DNA of 64,000 nt. Origin: a virus. Taxonomy: Duplodnaviria > Caudoviricetes. A program made the position numbers and the translations under genes. The stretch spans positions 51,840 through 115,839 of the IMG/VR virus record IMGVR_UViG_3300032219_002522, one strand, 5' to 3'. The notes below the pieces were generated by a model, which was not told where the DNA came from, searched no databases, and saw only the letters and a list, made by a program, of their open reading frames with translations. This document shows positions 1 through 7,519 of this stretch, in pieces (positions within the stretch are counted from its first letter, which is position 1; each line of letters begins with the position of its first letter).

Positions 1-1035
1 CTTTCTTTATTTGACAACGAAATCTATGAAGCAGCTCCGAAAGGAAACACTGTACAAGGTGGATTATTTGATGTTAACGATAAGAACGTTTATAATGCAG
101 TTAAAAACGTAAAAACTGCTGTTATCCAAGGTGCTCAATACACTTTCTTAACAATAGGTCAAGGTATTAAAGCTTATGCTGATGCACAAGTTAAAGCTGC
201 AAAAGCTACCGGACAAGCTTTATTAAATTTAGCAAAATTTACTGGTAAAGTTGTTATATTTACTGCTGCTGGACTTTATGTAGTAACTGAAGCAGTTGCT
301 ACTGGATTAATTTCTCTAGCAACATCTATATTTGGATATGCAAAAAAAGGAGCTATTGCAATTGGTAGTACTCTTGTTACTGCATTAAAAAATGCTAACG
401 ATTACTTTAAAAAATTAGGCAAAGCAGTATTTAATACTATTAAAAATGATGCTTTAGCAGTTGCTAAAGTTTTTATGACAGGTTTATATAAAGTTGCTAA
501 TTTAGCTTCTCAAGCTGCTCAAGCAGTTGCATCTCTAACCGTTGCAGCATATAAGATAGCTAAAACAGCATTTAAATCTATTACTAACTTTGCAGCAGAG
601 TGTATATACGGAGCAGCTAAAGCAGCTAAGACTGTTGCTATTAAAATAGGAAAAGCGGTTGGTGATTTTTATAATGCTTCTGTAAGTGTATTTAAATCTG
701 CTAAGGATGCTATTGTAAAAACTATAAAAACTGGATTTAACGCAGTAGCAAATACTGTTAAAGCTGGTGTGCAAAAAACAGTTAAGGTTGCTGCTAAAAT
801 AAAAACGGGAGTTGGAAATGCTCTTAAGGCCGCACAGAATAAAATCGTTAATACCGGAAAAGAAATACTTTCAGTTGGTAGCGCTATATTTAGGGGTCTT
901 TGGGATCACGAGATTTACCAAGGAACTGACGAAGATATTTTTGAATCCTATGTTATTGTTGAGGGACAAAGATACTACGTGCCAGTTGATTCATACGATG
1001 ATTACGATCTAGATATTTTCGGATCACAGTATTAA
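1..1035 (+). CDS. Ala/Lys/Val-rich amphipathic helical protein, 5'-truncated by the window edge
   Basis: Frame 1 is open from base 1 (LSLFDNEIYEAAPKG...) and continues into track ORF 475..1035; the sequence is repetitive and helical in character. Confidence 0.75.
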   Translation, partial: LSLFDNEIYEAAPKGNTVQGGLFDVNDKNVYNAVKNVKTAVIQGAQYTFLTIGQGIKAYADAQVKAAKATGQALLNLAKFTGKVVIFTAAGLYVVTEAVATGLISLATSIFGYAKKGAIAIGSTLVTALKNANDYFKKLGKAVFNTIKNDALAVAKVFMTGLYKVANLASQAAQAVASLTVAAYKIAKTAFKSITNFAAECIYGAAKAAKTVAIKIGKAVGDFYNASVSVFKSAKDAIVKTIKTGFNAVANTVKAGVQKTVKVAAKIKTGVGNALKAAQNKIVNTGKEILSVGSAIFRGLWDHEIYQGTDEDIFESYVIVEGQRYYVPVDSYDDYDLDIFGSQY

Positions 1036-1513
1036 TAGAAACAAAACCTAAAAACATACCTATTAAATGACCCCCGTGGGATATTCCATCGGGGTCATTT
1101 AGTGTAACGACCTCTCCTATCAATATAATAGCCAAAATTGGTATAAGGAATTTATTTGATAATAGTAATCTTGTTAAAAGAAAATACACCAATCCAGATA
1201 TACCTATAGAAATTTGAACTCCGAAAAAAGTAAGTATAAAAGTAAAGGTCTGAACGACTATAGTTATTAATACCATCTGCTTTATATCATATTTGTTACC
1301 ACTATGAATAAGTAACAAAAATATTGCTATTATATTAAATAGAAAATGATCTAAAGATTGGTGAATAAATCCACTAATAAATGGTAAGGATATAGCTAAA
1401 TCAGCATTTCCCCCAAGTATAAGCATCATAATTAATCCTAGCGGGTATGCTAATACGCATACTCCTAATACCTTTAATGTTTCTATAGCAGATCTTTTTA
1501 AATTTTCTTTCAT
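953..1513 (-). CDS. Rhomboid-family intramembrane serine protease
   Basis: Multiple TM segments; HQSLDHFLFN (HxxxxHxxxN), GISG (GxSG catalytic Ser) and SHGGHLIG (catalytic His) motifs. Confidence 0.85.
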   Translation of the reverse strand: MKENLKRSAIETLKVLGVCVLAYPLGLIMMLILGGNADLAISLPFISGFIHQSLDHFLFNIIAIFLLLIHSGNKYDIKQMVLITIVVQTFTFILTFFGVQISIGISGLVYFLLTRLLLSNKFLIPILAIILIGEVVTLNDPDGISHGGHLIGMFLGFVSINTVIRKYLDRNHRMNQLARSIFVPQQ

Positions 1514-1599
1514 TTTTTTGTTTTGTAATACAATAGTAGAAAACCCAAAGAAATATAAAAAAAGATTCTAAATCATTTTTTATATTAAATAAAAAGGTC

Positions 1600-1635
1600 T
1601 ATATTTGTGAAACAAAACAAAAGGAACGATATATA
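1600..1635 (+). promoter_or_regulatory. Dual promoter of tRNA cluster 1: Bacteroidota-type TAnnTTTG (1600-1607) and putative late GATATATA (1628-1635)
   Basis: TATATTTGTGAAACAA...GATATATA; the same arrangement recurs at 7282-7317. Confidence 0.65.
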
Positions 1636-1643
1636 ACAGATAT

Positions 1644-1718
1644 ATGAAAAACCTAAACAACATATTACCTTTAATATTAAGACCGTCGATAAGACGATCT
1701 CTAAAGGTCCTGTGTTAG
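1644..1718 (+). CDS. Leader peptide 1 of putative tRNA-cluster attenuator (MKNLNNILPLILRPSIRRSLKVLC, 24 aa)
   Basis: ATG 1644 to TAG 1718; run of ATA/TTA/CCN/AGA/TCN codons; 3' end overlaps the antiterminator arm. Confidence 0.75.
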   Translation: MKNLNNILPLILRPSIRRSLKVLC

Positions 1719-1773
1719 TTTTCAATATATACTAAACTAAAAAACCGGGACCTTTAAAAGCCCCGGTTTTTTT
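1702..1773 (+). terminator. Attenuator 1: intrinsic terminator (1739-1773) with alternative antiterminator (1702-1712/1746-1756 and 1715-1721/1734-1740)
   Basis: AAAAAACCGGG...CCCGGTTTTTTT stem and U-tract; TAAAGGTCCTG is complementary to CGGGACCTTTA. Confidence 0.8.
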
Positions 1774-1775
1774 AT

Positions 1776-1791
1776 GGTCTTTGAAATATTG
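1776..1791 (+). promoter_or_regulatory. boxA-like antitermination element
   Basis: GGTCTTTGAAATATTG, matching GTTCTTTGACATATTG at 7498; resembles rrn boxA (E. coli TGCTCTTTAACA). Confidence 0.55.
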
Positions 1792-1803
1792 AATTATTAA
1801 ATT

Positions 1804-1890
1804 AGAGAGTTGCCAGAGTCAGGCTTAATGGATCAGTCTTGAAAACTGACGTAGTGAAAGCTACCAGGGGTTCGAATCCCTCACTCTCTG
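1804..1890 (+). tRNA. tRNA-Ser(TGA)
   Basis: AGAGAGT/ACTCTCT acceptor, TCAGT-CT TGA AA-ACTGA anticodon arm, long variable arm, GGTTCGAATCC. Confidence 0.93.
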
Positions 1891-1895
1891 CTCAT

Positions 1896-1967
1896 GGGTC
1901 TATAGTTAAAGGGATATAACCCTAGCCTTCTAAGCTTGTATTCCTGGTTCGAGTCCAGGTGGACCTA
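1896..1967 (+). tRNA. tRNA-Arg(TCT)
   Basis: GGGTCTA/TGGACCT acceptor, CT TCT AA loop, CCTGG-TTCGAGT-CCAGG. Confidence 0.9.
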
Positions 1968-2134
1968 CACAAAGCCCTCTGCCTAGCGCTGGGTATGGAT
2001 CGAAGATAGAATAGGCCTCTACACCGTAGACAGGTAGGATACCTCGGTATTCTTTAATGATATGCACACTTATTCTCTAAATCGTGGGTTAGCACAGTTT
2101 GTATGTTCTGGGGATATTTAAAGACATACAATTT

Positions 2135-2207
2135 CGGGATGTAGATCAGTTGGTAGATCGCCTGGTTTGGGGCCAGAAGGCCCTAGGTTCGAGTCCTAGT
2201 ATTCCGA
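2135..2207 (+). tRNA. tRNA-Pro(TGG)
   Basis: CGGGATG/TATTCCG acceptor, CTGG-TT TGG GG-CCAG, CTAGG-TTCGAGT-CCTAG. Confidence 0.9.
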
Positions 2208-2214
2208 CAGCCAC

Positions 2215-2288
2215 AGAGGCGTAGCTCAATTGGTTAGAGCACATGCCTTATACGCATGCGGTCACGAGTTCGACTCTCGTCGTCTCTA
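2215..2288 (+). tRNA. tRNA-Ile(TAT)
   Basis: AGAGGCG/CGTCTCT acceptor, CATGC-CT TAT AC-GCATG, ACGAG-TTCGACT-CTCGT. Confidence 0.9.
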
Positions 2289-2291
2289 CTT

Positions 2292-2365
2292 GGTCCCTTA
2301 GCTCAGTAGGTTAGAGCAACTGACTCATAATCAGTAGGTCCACGGTTCGAGCCCGTGAGGGACCA
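2292..2365 (+). tRNA. tRNA(CAT), most likely Ile2 (lysidine type) rather than Met
   Basis: GGTCCCT/AGGGACC acceptor with C4-G69 and C5-G68 (TilS determinants); overall similar to E. coli ileX (GGCCCCTTAGCTCAG...GACTCATAATC). Confidence 0.8.
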
Positions 2366-2380
2366 CAAAATTAATAATCT

Positions 2381-2461
2381 GCCTGGGTGGTGAAATTGGT
2401 AGACACGTTCGGCTTAAGATCGAATGCGAAATGCGTGAGGGTTCGAGTCCCTCCTCGGGTA
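2381..2461 (+). tRNA. tRNA-Leu(TAA)
   Basis: GCCTGGG/CTCGGGT acceptor, TTCGG-CT TAA GA-TCGAA, variable arm, GAGGG-TTCGAGT-CCCTC. Confidence 0.9.
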
Positions 2462-2466
2462 CATAT

Positions 2467-2569
2467 ATAAGAGTGGCGGAAGCGAGATCATTTATGATCC
2501 GATGGAGAGACGCTAGGGTGTCATGCCAGAGAACGAAAATTCATGTTGGTTCAAGTCCAACCTCTTGTA
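2467..2569 (+). ncRNA. Aberrant tRNA-like RNA (intact acceptor and T arms, expanded D loop, degenerate anticodon arm)
   Basis: ATAAGAG/CTCTTGT acceptor; GTTGG-TTCAAGT-CCAAC; GCGGAA...AGACGC D arm containing a GATCAT-TT-ATGATC insert. Confidence 0.6.
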
Positions 2570-2582
2570 CTTTTTAGATTTT

Positions 2583-3134
2583 TTACTTAACCTCTTTAAT
2601 TCTGAAGTATCCTCGGTGATCGGTTTTACCTGGTTCTACACCATCTTCGAATTTACAATATCCAGTAGAATTAAAGAAGTTCCATTCTTCTCTTCTACCT
2701 TTACTAAGTTTATCCTGTGGCATTAAAGATCTATTATATTCTTGATTTTCTTGGTTAATTCTCTTATACATTCCATTATAAAATGTAGATGTGCTAAGTA
2801 AATTCGTAGCTTCTTCCATTAATCTTCGATTGATATTATAGTCAAATATAGCCTCATGAATAGAAATCTCTGAAATGTCTCTTCTATAGCTAATCCATTG
2901 TGATATAACTCCACCATAATTATATGGTGTATAACCTAAATCCCCTACGTAAAAAAGATTAAAATATGGAGAATTCTCTTTGCTGTGATCGAACAACCTT
3001 ATGTTAGTATTAAAATGTGGTACAGTTCCACTGAATTCTTTCATTCTATTATAGAATTCAGGCAGTATCTCTAATGTTATTGATGTCGGATTATTATTTG
3101 CATCAAATCCCTCAAATAGCTTAATGTGTTTCAT
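2583..3134 (-). CDS. Hypothetical protein with MKHIKLFE N-terminal motif (putative internal virion protein)
   Basis: ORF track; GATATATA on the minus strand at 3140-3147. Confidence 0.75.
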   Translation of the reverse strand: MKHIKLFEGFDANNNPTSITLEILPEFYNRMKEFSGTVPHFNTNIRLFDHSKENSPYFNLFYVGDLGYTPYNYGGVISQWISYRRDISEISIHEAIFDYNINRRLMEEATNLLSTSTFYNGMYKRINQENQEYNRSLMPQDKLSKGRREEWNFFNSTGYCKFEDGVEPGKTDHRGYFRIKEVK

Positions 3135-3174
3135 ATGATTATATATCTAAATATCTAAATAAATGTGATATATA

Positions 3175-4794
3175 ATGTATATGAAAAAGTACATAAAACT
3201 ATTCGAGGAGTTTGTTTTTGAATACCTATCAAAAGCTTCTAAAATAATTAATAATATTAGCGAATTACCTAAAGTTGGAGAACCTGTAGTCAAACAGGAT
3301 TTTAGCGAGGACGGTATAGTAGCTATTGATTGGAAGAACTTAGTTTTTATTAGATCCTCAGATGAGCTTCCCACTCTTCGAGGTAAAGATATGCTACTTC
3401 ACACAGGAAAAGCTCTAAAGAGCGTAGGTTTCAATGACTCTTTCGAGAAGTACCTCAAGAAGAAGTACAATAATGACATCAACGACCCTGAAAATACATG
3501 GATAAAGGAAGAACCTCACTACAAGGACTTTGAAACTTTTCGAAAATGGATGATAGATGCTCATTCCACCAGATGGACAAAACACTTTACGTTGAACCAC
3601 GTAGTTTCTTCTCACTCTGGTGGAAACTGGACAGGTAACAAGTACATCTACTTGATGCCCGGAGAATCTATGATCAAGACTAACGGAAAACCTGCTAGTC
3701 TCTTTGCTATAGACACTTACTATGACAAGAGCTTGGTAGTGTCTGACGGTACAGTAGTTCTTTACTTACCTGAAGCAGATGAAGAAGTTAGGGAGTTTGT
3801 GGCTAAAACAGCTGAGAACAGAAACCAAATTTATTTCTTGAAGATAAAAGGAGATATTGTCGATTACGAGCTGAAAGATGCCAACGATGCGATAGAAGCT
3901 ATGGGATACACTACGTTTAGTGGGGGCTCTCACTACTCAACCGAGTATAATCTTGACAGTGAGATGAGAGATTTACAAGACAGGGAAGACATCAGAAAAA
4001 GTGGACTACACTGGGGTTCTAAATGGTACAATCTTGAGAAGGGACAAACACACTGGGAAGATTTTATGAGTCTAGGGAAGATAAAAAGATCCCAGTATAA
4101 AAACTTGAACATCAAGAAAGAAGAACAGGAGTACCAAGAACATAGAGGATTCAGCAAAGATTACTTGAAAGAGTGCGTGAAATCGTTATCAAAATCTCAT
4201 TCGGAAGATCCTTTCGACAAAGAAGTTGTGCGCAACTACTTACGATACATGACGATGGTTTGCAAGATCATAGCTACTCCTAAATTTTCAATGAAACAGT
4301 TCGATGAGACTGCAGGTTTCAGTTGGAATAATTCGGATGAACACGCGTTAAGTATGGATTCATGGGATCCGAATAAATTAGAATCTGAGTTAGATAGAGA
4401 TTTTGAGGCTCACCCTGAATACACAAGACCTGAACGATACGGTTACGGAACTCCAGCACAAAAAGAAGTTATGGCTAAAAGGAGCAATGAATACATAGGG
4501 GAGTATTACTATTTCAATAAGTACCTACTGTTCGACATAAAGCAAGCGTTTAAAACTTCATGGATAGGAAAGTTCCTCCAGGATAACCGTAAAGAACTAG
4601 AAATTTTACAGGATATTATTATTAAAAAGAAAGAAAGCCCAGAATGGGAAGAAGCTGCCGGTAAGATAGCTGATAGATTAGTAGACAGTCCAGTATTTCC
4701 TGATCTTTTAAACATTGGATCATATCTAATAGCAATGAATAGAGGAGCTAAAAAGTACGGATATAAGGACGTTTATGACATGCTTGAATTATAA
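3175..4794 (+). CDS. Hypothetical protein with MKKYIKLFEEF N-terminal motif
   Basis: 539-aa ORF; GATATATA at 3167-3174. Confidence 0.8.
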   Translation: MYMKKYIKLFEEFVFEYLSKASKIINNISELPKVGEPVVKQDFSEDGIVAIDWKNLVFIRSSDELPTLRGKDMLLHTGKALKSVGFNDSFEKYLKKKYNNDINDPENTWIKEEPHYKDFETFRKWMIDAHSTRWTKHFTLNHVVSSHSGGNWTGNKYIYLMPGESMIKTNGKPASLFAIDTYYDKSLVVSDGTVVLYLPEADEEVREFVAKTAENRNQIYFLKIKGDIVDYELKDANDAIEAMGYTTFSGGSHYSTEYNLDSEMRDLQDREDIRKSGLHWGSKWYNLEKGQTHWEDFMSLGKIKRSQYKNLNIKKEEQEYQEHRGFSKDYLKECVKSLSKSHSEDPFDKEVVRNYLRYMTMVCKIIATPKFSMKQFDETAGFSWNNSDEHALSMDSWDPNKLESELDRDFEAHPEYTRPERYGYGTPAQKEVMAKRSNEYIGEYYYFNKYLLFDIKQAFKTSWIGKFLQDNRKELEILQDIIIKKKESPEWEEAAGKIADRLVDSPVFPDLLNIGSYLIAMNRGAKKYGYKDVYDMLEL

Positions 4795-4804
4795 TTAGAA
4801 TAAT

Positions 4805-5227
4805 ATGATTAAAAAACTATCATATTTCGATATATCCGGAATAATTACAAAGCAATATCCTGAATATACTCTAATAATAGGTAAAAAATCTGAGGATATA
4901 TTTAATTATTTTGCCGTAGATGAGTTACATGGACTATATAGAGATAAATGTCATGATAATCCAAATAACGCTTATATAGCTGGTTTATGTAACGTTTATC
5001 CTAATGATCATAATAAATTCTTTATCTTTCTAAATTCGATTAGATTAGATAACGGATACAAGGACGTCCTTTTAATAATGCACGAGTGTATGCACATGTC
5101 TCTAGAGATTCATGGTACAGATTTGACATATAGAGATGGAAATGACATAGAAGAAATTGCTATAACTTGGGCAGAGAAGAATTCTGAATCAATTTACGAA
5201 TTCATTATGTCCAAAGGAATATTATAA
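4805..5227 (+). CDS. Small putative HExxH zinc metallopeptidase-like protein
   Basis: IMHECMH followed by downstream EE. Confidence 0.55.
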   Translation: MIKKLSYFDISGIITKQYPEYTLIIGKKSEDIFNYFAVDELHGLYRDKCHDNPNNAYIAGLCNVYPNDHNKFFIFLNSIRLDNGYKDVLLIMHECMHMSLEIHGTDLTYRDGNDIEEIAITWAEKNSESIYEFIMSKGIL

Positions 5228-5249
5228 AAAATAGGATATATAATGGGTC

Positions 5250-5621
5250 ATGCACGATCACATTAAAATATCCGGACTTGGTATAGAAATATACAAAAAT
5301 GATATACCAGGGGTAAGATGGTATAAAGCTCAGTCTTTTATTAATGATCTTGGAAATGGATGGAGATTGCCTTCATTAAAAGAACTTGCTTTAATAAAAA
5401 CACTAAGAGATCTTGGTGGCATAGGTAGATTTCCTACCGAATATTCAGATTTTTCTGATTCGTATTATTGGAGTAATGAGGAAGGCGAGGTTACTAGTAT
5501 AAGAACACAAGGGAAAGATGGGAAAAGTAACTATGCTTACTTTTTTGATATGTCGGAGGGAACTTCTTCACATAATAAAAAATCATACGATCTTAGGGTT
5601 AGGTTTGTCAGAGATATATAG
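5250..5621 (+). CDS. DUF1566/Lcl-C-like (C-type-lectin-like fold) protein
   Basis: GWRLPSLKEL, YYWS and C-terminal VRFVR motifs. Confidence 0.7.
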   Translation: MHDHIKISGLGIEIYKNDIPGVRWYKAQSFINDLGNGWRLPSLKELALIKTLRDLGGIGRFPTEYSDFSDSYYWSNEEGEVTSIRTQGKDGKSNYAYFFDMSEGTSSHNKKSYDLRVRFVRDI

Positions 5622-5624
5622 AAT

Positions 5625-6476
5625 ATGCCAACAACAAGACCCTTTGCATATAATCCAACACAATCAACAATTTCAGGAACTACAAATGTAGGTACATTAT
5701 GCGTAGGTGTATCTGCTTTAAACTATGGTGCAAATCCAGGAGGACTAACTTGGTGGATGGGTCCGGACGAGGATAATTCTTATGTAATATCTAAAGATGT
5801 ACCAACTTCAAACTTTCCTACCCCAGTAGGAAATGTAGGCACTGTACAATTTTGGAGATGCTCTAATACAGATGAAGCTTTTAGAAGTACAGTACAAATA
5901 ATAAGCGGTATCACTCAAGCTTCCGCTTTAGCAGCTAGTGATTGGTTAACAACAAATGGATATTGGACTAATCGGAATCCATATCTTGCAGGTTTATATA
6001 AAACAACTTACTCCGGATATTTTGCTGATAATGTTAGTTTCTTTGCAACTGCTACTCCTGCATCAGTAGGGGGAAATCCAGCTACATCAGTACAAACAAC
6101 ATCTATATTTGAACCCGCTCAAAATGATGGCGAGAATTTTAGTTGTCAATGGCTAGGTTATTTTAAACCAACAACTTCTGAAACATATACATTCTACACT
6201 TCAAGTGACGACGCTTCGTATGTGTGGATAGGTTCAAATGCACAGACAGGGTTTACAACTACAAATTCAACAGTTAATAACGGGGGATTACATGGGACAC
6301 AAGAACGTTCAGGTTCTATTGCATTAACTGCTGGTACATATTATCAAATAAGAATACAATTTGGTGAACTAAGTGGAGGTGACGTAATGACTTTTAGTTA
6401 TTCAACCCCTACTATTACAAAAACTACCAATGTAACAGGACTAGTATTTTATAATCCGTCCACTAATGGATTCTAA
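5625..6476 (+). CDS. PA14-domain carbohydrate-binding protein (possible virion adhesin)
   Basis: FSCQWLGYFKP...YTFYTSSDDASYVWI...GTYYQIRIQFGE, a PA14/GLEYA signature. Confidence 0.8.
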   Translation: MPTTRPFAYNPTQSTISGTTNVGTLCVGVSALNYGANPGGLTWWMGPDEDNSYVISKDVPTSNFPTPVGNVGTVQFWRCSNTDEAFRSTVQIISGITQASALAASDWLTTNGYWTNRNPYLAGLYKTTYSGYFADNVSFFATATPASVGGNPATSVQTTSIFEPAQNDGENFSCQWLGYFKPTTSETYTFYTSSDDASYVWIGSNAQTGFTTTNSTVNNGGLHGTQERSGSIALTAGTYYQIRIQFGELSGGDVMTFSYSTPTITKTTNVTGLVFYNPSTNGF

Positions 6477-6511
6477 TTCAATAATTAGATATATACAATA
6501 AAATCAAAGAA

Positions 6512-6790
6512 ATGAAGCATATTAAAAATTATCAGGCTAAAAATTCTAAAATTAACGAGGGATTTTGGGATTCTCTTTTTGGTAGACCCACTGTTGATGA
6601 TGCTGCTCACGATCAAATGAGAGGTCAAGGATGGAGTCACAGAGGTAAAGATGAAGAAAACTACATCATGTTCCAAGGGCAAAAGTTCTATCCCGATCAA
6701 ATCCAATATGATGATGTTTATTCAACTAAACAAATACCAAGAGTTGAAGGGGGTATGTTAATCGTAGCTAATCCAGCTTGGAATTTGTAA
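6512..6790 (+). CDS. Hypothetical protein (MKHIKNY...INEG N-terminus)
   Basis: ORF track; GATATATA at 6488-6495. Confidence 0.7.
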   Translation: MKHIKNYQAKNSKINEGFWDSLFGRPTVDDAAHDQMRGQGWSHRGKDEENYIMFQGQKFYPDQIQYDDVYSTKQIPRVEGGMLIVANPAWNL

Positions 6791-6862
6791 AAAAAATCAG
6801 AAATCTTTTTTTTCTTATTATTTTGATCTCTATATTTGGATCCTAATTAAAAAACTTTTACA

Positions 6863-7240
6863 ATGAAATTAAACAAAATGAGCAGGGTTACTATGAAGGT
6901 AGCTCACGAGAATCCAGATGCTAGCGTGAACTTCACAGCGGTAGGGATAGGAAAAGATCAAAGAGAAGCAGCTATCTTCGCATTAGGATCCTTCTTAAAT
7001 GTTATGAATGGTATTAGTGAGGAAGGAATTTCGGATTACAATGAAGCTTTAGAAATGGTAAATGGTCAATATTCGGAAGCTGAAATAGTATCGTTTATGG
7101 AAAAACAATTAGAAAGCAATTCAGGTTCTTTCTTTAATGCTTACGAATCTACTGATGTTGATTATTCATGGGATGAAGTAGAAGGTGAAGAAGCTGGAGG
7201 ATTAATCCAAGAAATGGAAATAATCGAAGAGGAATATTAA
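6863..7240 (+). CDS. Acidic hypothetical protein, probably early
   Basis: ORF track; TATATTTG host-type promoter at 6831-6838. Confidence 0.7.
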   Translation: MKLNKMSRVTMKVAHENPDASVNFTAVGIGKDQREAAIFALGSFLNVMNGISEEGISDYNEALEMVNGQYSEAEIVSFMEKQLESNSGSFFNAYESTDVDYSWDEVEGEEAGGLIQEMEIIEEEY

Positions 7241-7281
7241 AAAATATCAAAGAAACATTTTTTTATTCAATAAAAAGATTG

Positions 7282-7317
7282 TACATTTGTGAAACAATAT
7301 CAGAAAAGAGATATATA
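7282..7317 (+). promoter_or_regulatory. Dual promoter of tRNA cluster 2: TAnnTTTG (7282-7289) and GATATATA (7310-7317)
   Basis: TACATTTGTGAAACAA...GATATATA, parallel to 1600-1635. Confidence 0.65.
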
Positions 7318-7328
7318 AACAAGAAACA

Positions 7329-7436
7329 ATGAAAAACTGTAGTAAACATAACATCATTCGCATGAACAGTCAGATTAATGGCTGCTATCAAACGGTGGCG
7401 TTTTGGGCTAAGGGAAAAGATCCCGATCGAAGCTAA
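7329..7436 (+). CDS. Leader peptide 2 of putative tRNA-cluster attenuator (MKNCSKHNIIRMNSQINGCYQTVAFWAKGKDPDRS, 35 aa)
   Basis: ATG 7329 to TAA 7436; contains codons for all 7 downstream tRNAs; starts MKN like leader 1. Confidence 0.75.
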   Translation: MKNCSKHNIIRMNSQINGCYQTVAFWAKGKDPDRS

Positions 7437-7497
7437 TACAAGAAATCATATTTAGATATTTTGAAAAGGCTTTGATTAACTTCAAAGCCTTTTTTTT
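7425..7497 (+). terminator. Attenuator 2: intrinsic terminator (7464-7497) with alternative antiterminator (7425-7434/7468-7477)
   Basis: AAAAGGCTTTGA-TTAACT-TCAAAGCCTTTTTTTT; GATCGAAGCT pairs with GGCTTTGATT (3 G-U pairs). Confidence 0.75.
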
Positions 7498-7513
7498 GTT
7501 CTTTGACATATTG
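7498..7513 (+). promoter_or_regulatory. boxA-like antitermination element
   Basis: GTTCTTTGACATATTG between the terminator and the first tRNA. Confidence 0.6.
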
Positions 7514-7519
7514 GAAATT

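Noticed and set aside
1644-1773. T-box riboswitch explanation for the tRNA leaders
   Set aside because: No T-box UGGNACC bulge or long stem I; the leaders are short and contain translatable codon-matched ORFs.
5250-5621. DGR target (C-type-lectin-like fold)
   Set aside because: No template repeat or reverse transcriptase visible in the window.
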